Part shown: positions 59,417-64,000 of the stretch, one piece after another
Layout: each line of letters starts with the position of its first letter
Position numbering within the stretch: position 1 is the first letter of the stretch
Assembly (NCBI GenBank): GCA_964016885.1
Contig: OZ024756.1
Location: 22,692,001-22,756,000 of the forward strand
Source of the DNA: Eledone cirrhosa
Lineage: Eukaryota
Direction of reading: 5' to 3'
DNA: 64,000 nt
Made by a program: the position numbers and the translations under genes
Notes under the pieces: generated by a model
Told to the model about the DNA's origin: nothing
The model's input: only the letters and a program-made list of their open reading frames with translations
Database searches by the model: none

Positions 59417-60163
59417 TATAACGGCGGCGAAGATTCGAAACCGAATCTGAGCTTTCCCGCCTCTGGGACGAGTAGTGGTAAGTTGTTTACGCTCAAGAGA
59501 CTAACCCCTTTGGAGAGGCTAAACATAGGTCAGAGGTGTTTACGCCTGACAGAAAATAGGTCAAAGGATATATCCATCTTTCTGACTTGTTTACGCTTGG
59601 CAAACTAATCTCTTGGGAGACTAACAAAAGTTCAGAGGATATATCTATCCTTCTAACTTCAACTCTTATAAATACAGGGGTTGTTTACGCCCCGACAGAA
59701 AAGAAGCGATATACAGACAAGACAAGTCGCATTTACAAGCTCTCGTCACGAAAAACCAGTTTGCGACTTATTCTCACCTTCCTGGCTGATCGCTGACTCC
59801 CACTGCAATACAAACAAGCAAATATACTGATACGCGCACACGCATTCATAGTGAGTTGACACTGTTAGTATTTTTACACGCACCATTTCTGTTTATACAT
59901 ATTATATCTTTCGGATACAGTACAAATTATATTATAATCGTATTCTGAGATATTTGAATTTACGTGGCTCGAAGAGCCACCAAATTATTGTATGAATATT
60001 TTGTGTTATTGATTTTATCATTCAATATTCTAATTGAATCTTGTTATAATAAAATAAACCTTGTAACAACACAATTCTGGTATTATTCTATACATTGAAA
60101 CCATCATACCAACAATTCATTCTCTCCACTCATCGTTACGACCACACATAATATTCCGTTACA
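59417..60163 (+). mobile_element. Solo LTR (Gypsy-like)
   Basis: Termini TATAACGG...CCGTTACA (inverted, 5' TG mutated to TA); 4-bp TSD CATA at 59413-59416 and 60164-60167; TATAAATA ~59667; AATAAA ~60048; U3-like repeats TGTTTACGC. Confidence 0.75.
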
Positions 60164-60270
60164 CATATATTTAAAGGTTTAAGAGAATAATCGAAAAGGG
60201 CGTCCTTTGAAAAAAGAACATTTTCTCGCAACAGGAGGCAAATGGAATAATGGTTTTCAAATATGTTTTA

Positions 60271-60365
60271 GAAGAAGAAGAAGAAGAAGAAGAAGAAGAA
60301 GAAGAAGAAGAAGAAGAAGAAGAAGAAGAAGAAGAAGAAGAAGAAGAAGAAGAAGAAGAAGAAGA
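60271..60365. repeat. (AAG)n microsatellite
   Basis: Direct inspection; a similar tract lies at 38858-38935. Confidence 0.95.
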
Positions 60366-61640
60366 AAATATATTTGATTATTAAGCTATTTGATTATTAA
60401 GTATAATAAATGTAGATAAAAAAAGAAAGATGAAAATGTATTAATGATTTATTTTAAAACTATAAATAAATGTCTTAGGAATCTTTCTATTTTTCTCTTT
60501 TGCACACTCTCGGTCTCATGAGCGTTTTGGATTTTGTCATGTTTGTTTAATGATCGTTTCTGGAGAGTGACATGCTAGTTTTTAGGATACATGTAATGGT
60601 GCTTCAGAAGATAACAACGCTCAGCTCTATATACGATGTTAGATACGAAATACAATTACAAGTTAAACACCTACTCAACATCCCATCCAGAAAATAAGAA
60701 TACTCTAGTATAAATACGATGTAAGAAACTAAATGAAAAGGCAACACAATTACAGCAAGTTAAAAGCCAACACAATTATGGTATGTTAAACACCTGCTTA
60801 ACATCCCATTTTTAATTGGCGTAACACTAATTAAACACGATCAAATCTGTAAATACAGATTACCTTCAAAAGACGCGTACTGTCTGGTTCTAGAAAATTG
60901 CATTATTTGGGCACGATAATGAAGTCGATAGACTTTCCTCAAATCGGACCGAGGAAACAATGTTTCCATTGGTCTTTCCAATTGCTAATACTATGTGTCG
61001 GTCGCAACTCCAAGTAGAAGGAACAACGTGAAATAAAGTGTCTTGCTCAAGGACATAACGTATCGCCCGGTCCAGGAATCGAACTGACAACCCCATGATT
61101 GCGAATCCAGTTCTCTACCCACTCAGCCACACTACTTCACTCTTTTTCTGGCACGGAAAATAATGTTGAAATATTCTCTCAAAGCATTCCTATATATTAC
61201 TGTAAGAACAATACTTCTGGTTGTCCCCAAAACAAGATTTACATAAGTAAATGCTGAAAATGACGATGATGATAACATTATGAATTTGTGGAAGAACATG
61301 TACTGGGAATTACTGAACGAAGTATAACTCCGGTACGAATTTTTTAACACATTTCCTTCATGTAACACCATCTTTCAGGTAATATCATGTAAGAACCACT
61401 AGGCTTTACGCAACAGTGTTTTCATTCGTGTACGAAAAATATACATATGGTTATATATTTAGAACGAATTACACATGTGTAATGTCAAGTCAAAGATTGC
61501 TCTTTGGGTATTGGTTCGGAAACATTTACTCGGTTCAATTATTTTTCTTCATACATATATTTCTAAAATAGCGGGTACAGTCGTAAATGCTAAAACATAT
61601 ATACCTGTACTTCCGTTCAGTTTGAAAAATACATAACAAA

Positions 61641-61737
61641 TAATTGTTTCTACTTTTGGCACAAGGCCAGCAATTATTCCAGTGTATTACTGGTACTTTA
61701 TTTTATCGACCCCGTAAGGATGAAAGGCAAAGTTAAC
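61641..61737 (-). mobile_element. SINE family A 3' half
   Basis: Reverse-complement core and tail. Confidence 0.8.
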
Positions 61738-61846
61738 ATAACAAATAATGTATCCAATTCAGATTACATTTGTAATGTAATTAATGAGACTTTATTAGAA
61801 ATTTAATTAAGAAATACCACTCATCTTTTCTAAAGTTGCGTACATA

Positions 61847-61896
<50 letters not shown>

Positions 61897-61947
61897 TATA
61901 TTCATATATATATATATTTATTTATTTATTCATTTATTTATTTATTC

Positions 61948-62018
<71 letters not shown>

Positions 62019-62026
<8 letters not shown>

Positions 62027-62554
62027 TGTATATATAGTGTATTTTGCAATACACTGTATGCTTCATTAAAAACATTTCGAAGACCTTATGCTATTGTTTT
62101 AGAGTAGTGACAGACTTACTTACTTTAATTTTCACCAAACACGGGAGATAAAGCTGACAGGGCCCTGTTTCGCATTTATTGATGCTTATCAAAGCCAACT
62201 ACTCCTCCTGTTTGCTGAAATCATGGATGTTTAGTTCTTATAGAATTTCAATTCCTGCTTGACCGGCAACCGCTCTGTACAATCAGTTCCTGATTATTTA
62301 CTAGAATTCTATAAGAACCAAACATCCATGATTTCAGCAAACAAGAGGAGTAGTTGGCTTTGATCAATAAATGTGAAACAGGGCCCTGTCAGCTTTATCT
62401 CCCCTGTTTGCTGAAAATTAAAGTGAGTCTGTCACTACTCCAAAACATTAGCATAAGGTCTTCGAAATGCTTTTAATTAAGCATACAGTGTATTGCAAAA
62501 TACACTATATATACATTCATATATATATATAGCTATTTCAGAGTACCAATTCTA

Positions 62555-62558
<4 letters not shown>
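62019..62558. mobile_element. Diverged relative of the 310-bp HHR unit: inverted partial arm plus one ~315-bp monomer
   Basis: Arms 62019-62247 and 62305-62530. Shares GACCGGCAACCGCTCT, CAGTTCCTG, ATTCTATAAG, AGGTCTTC and GCTATTTCAGAG with the 310-bp unit, in the same order. Confidence 0.85.
62152..62196 (-). ncRNA. Type I hammerhead ribozyme, U3-A8 variant
   Basis: Minus strand GGCT-TTGATAA-GCAT-CAATAA-ATGC-GAAA-CAGGGCCCTG-TC-AGCT: palindromic stem III and GUC triplet. Confidence 0.75.
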
Positions 62559-62641
<83 letters not shown>

Positions 62642-62676
62642 TATATTCATATATATATATATTTATTTATTTATTC

Positions 62677-62723
<47 letters not shown>

Positions 62724-64000
62724 TTTTATTATAGAAATAACCTCTACAGGATTAGAACTGTTTCACTCATGAGAAATCGTTTGGTCTTAATCTATTACTC
62801 CATCTTATCTATTTTTTTAAGACAAGAAAGAAGAGGAGGCAAAACAAGATAGTCATTGGGGAGGTCACAGAATGCGTGACAAAAGAAAATTGACGGGCTA
62901 AACAAAAAACTATTACAGATAAAATTAAAACCATATGGTTCATGTGCGTTTTATTGGCAATAATTGCAACATGAACATCCCCAATAACAATATCAGTTTC
63001 AACACACGATTTCACATCAAGAATCGTACAAAATAAATACATAAGTATAAATTGTATTTTAATTTTTGTTTTACTTTATTTAAACATTTATTGGATAACC
63101 AAAAGGTGGGGGAATGCTTTTTGTATATTTATATTTGGGGAGGGTCATGTTCTAATATTGCTAGAAAAAAAAATAAAGTAAAACACACTCACTGTTTAAG
63201 TCATAATTATTATATAAATTGTCTCATTGACCCCCATCGTGACATTCCGAACCCCTATGTTTCCCTATTTTTAACAAATGACCCATCTGACCCTCCCAGG
63301 GTCTCTAAAGAGGCGGTAGCGCCCATTTTAGGAATCAGTATATTGAATCAACGATAACATGAGATTTGTAATATTAAGAAATTAAGCACATAGACGTGTT
63401 ACTGTTGTGAACAAAGGGAGAGAGAGGGGGGAGTAAAACAAAAAGATATAAAACCGAATAGGTATGTGTATGTTTGTGTGTATGTGTATTTGTTTGCGCA
63501 TGCGTTAGAGTGTGTGTGCGTATGTATTTATGTTTGTGTCTATATGTGTGGACGTGTGTGAGTTTGTGTGTATGTATGTATATATGTTTGTGTGTATGTA
63601 TGTATATATTTATATATGTATGTGTGCATGTGCGTGTCTGTGTGTGTATGTATATATGTGTGGGCGTACGTGTGTGTGTATGTGTGTATGTATATATGTA
63701 TATATTTATGTATGTATGTGCATGTGCGTGTTTGTGCATGCATGTATGTGTGGGTGTACGTGTGGGCGTGTGTGTGTATTTGTGTATGTATGTATGTATA
63801 TATTTATGTATGTGAGTGTTTGTGTATGTATGTATATATGTGTGCGTGTACGTGTGGGTATGTGTGTGTATATGTGTGTAAGTATGTATATATTTATGTA
63901 TGTATGCCTGTGCGTGTGTGAGTAGGTGTCTCTGTATATGTGTGCGTGCATGTATGTATGTATGTATGTATATGTCTCTCTCTCTCTCTCTCTATATATA

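Overview
AT-rich, microsatellite-saturated eukaryotic DNA. The repeat content resembles an octopus/cephalopod genome (inference). No convincing host protein-coding gene is present; almost all long ORFs in the track are translations of (TA)n/(CA)n/(CATA)n/(AAG)n. The main signal is RNA-level. The window opens with about 15 apparently identical 310-bp tandem units, each holding an intact type I hammerhead ribozyme (HHR), preceded by an inverted partial copy: a retrozyme / Penelope-pLTR-like array. A diverged monomer of the same family at about 62.0-62.6 kb shows covarying hairpins and a U3-A8 HHR core. At least eight further small fold-back families inserted in (TA)n carry intact, variant or truncated HHRs and share a TACTC...GAGTRC-like 3' motif. 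One of them frames a Penelope-like GIY-YIG endonuclease fragment, which suggests the mobilising machinery. Also present: many tRNA-derived SINEs of two families, RTE, CR1 and R4/Dong-like LINE fragments, a solo LTR with a 4-bp TSD, a pogo-like MITE and a 32-bp minisatellite with higher-order structure.
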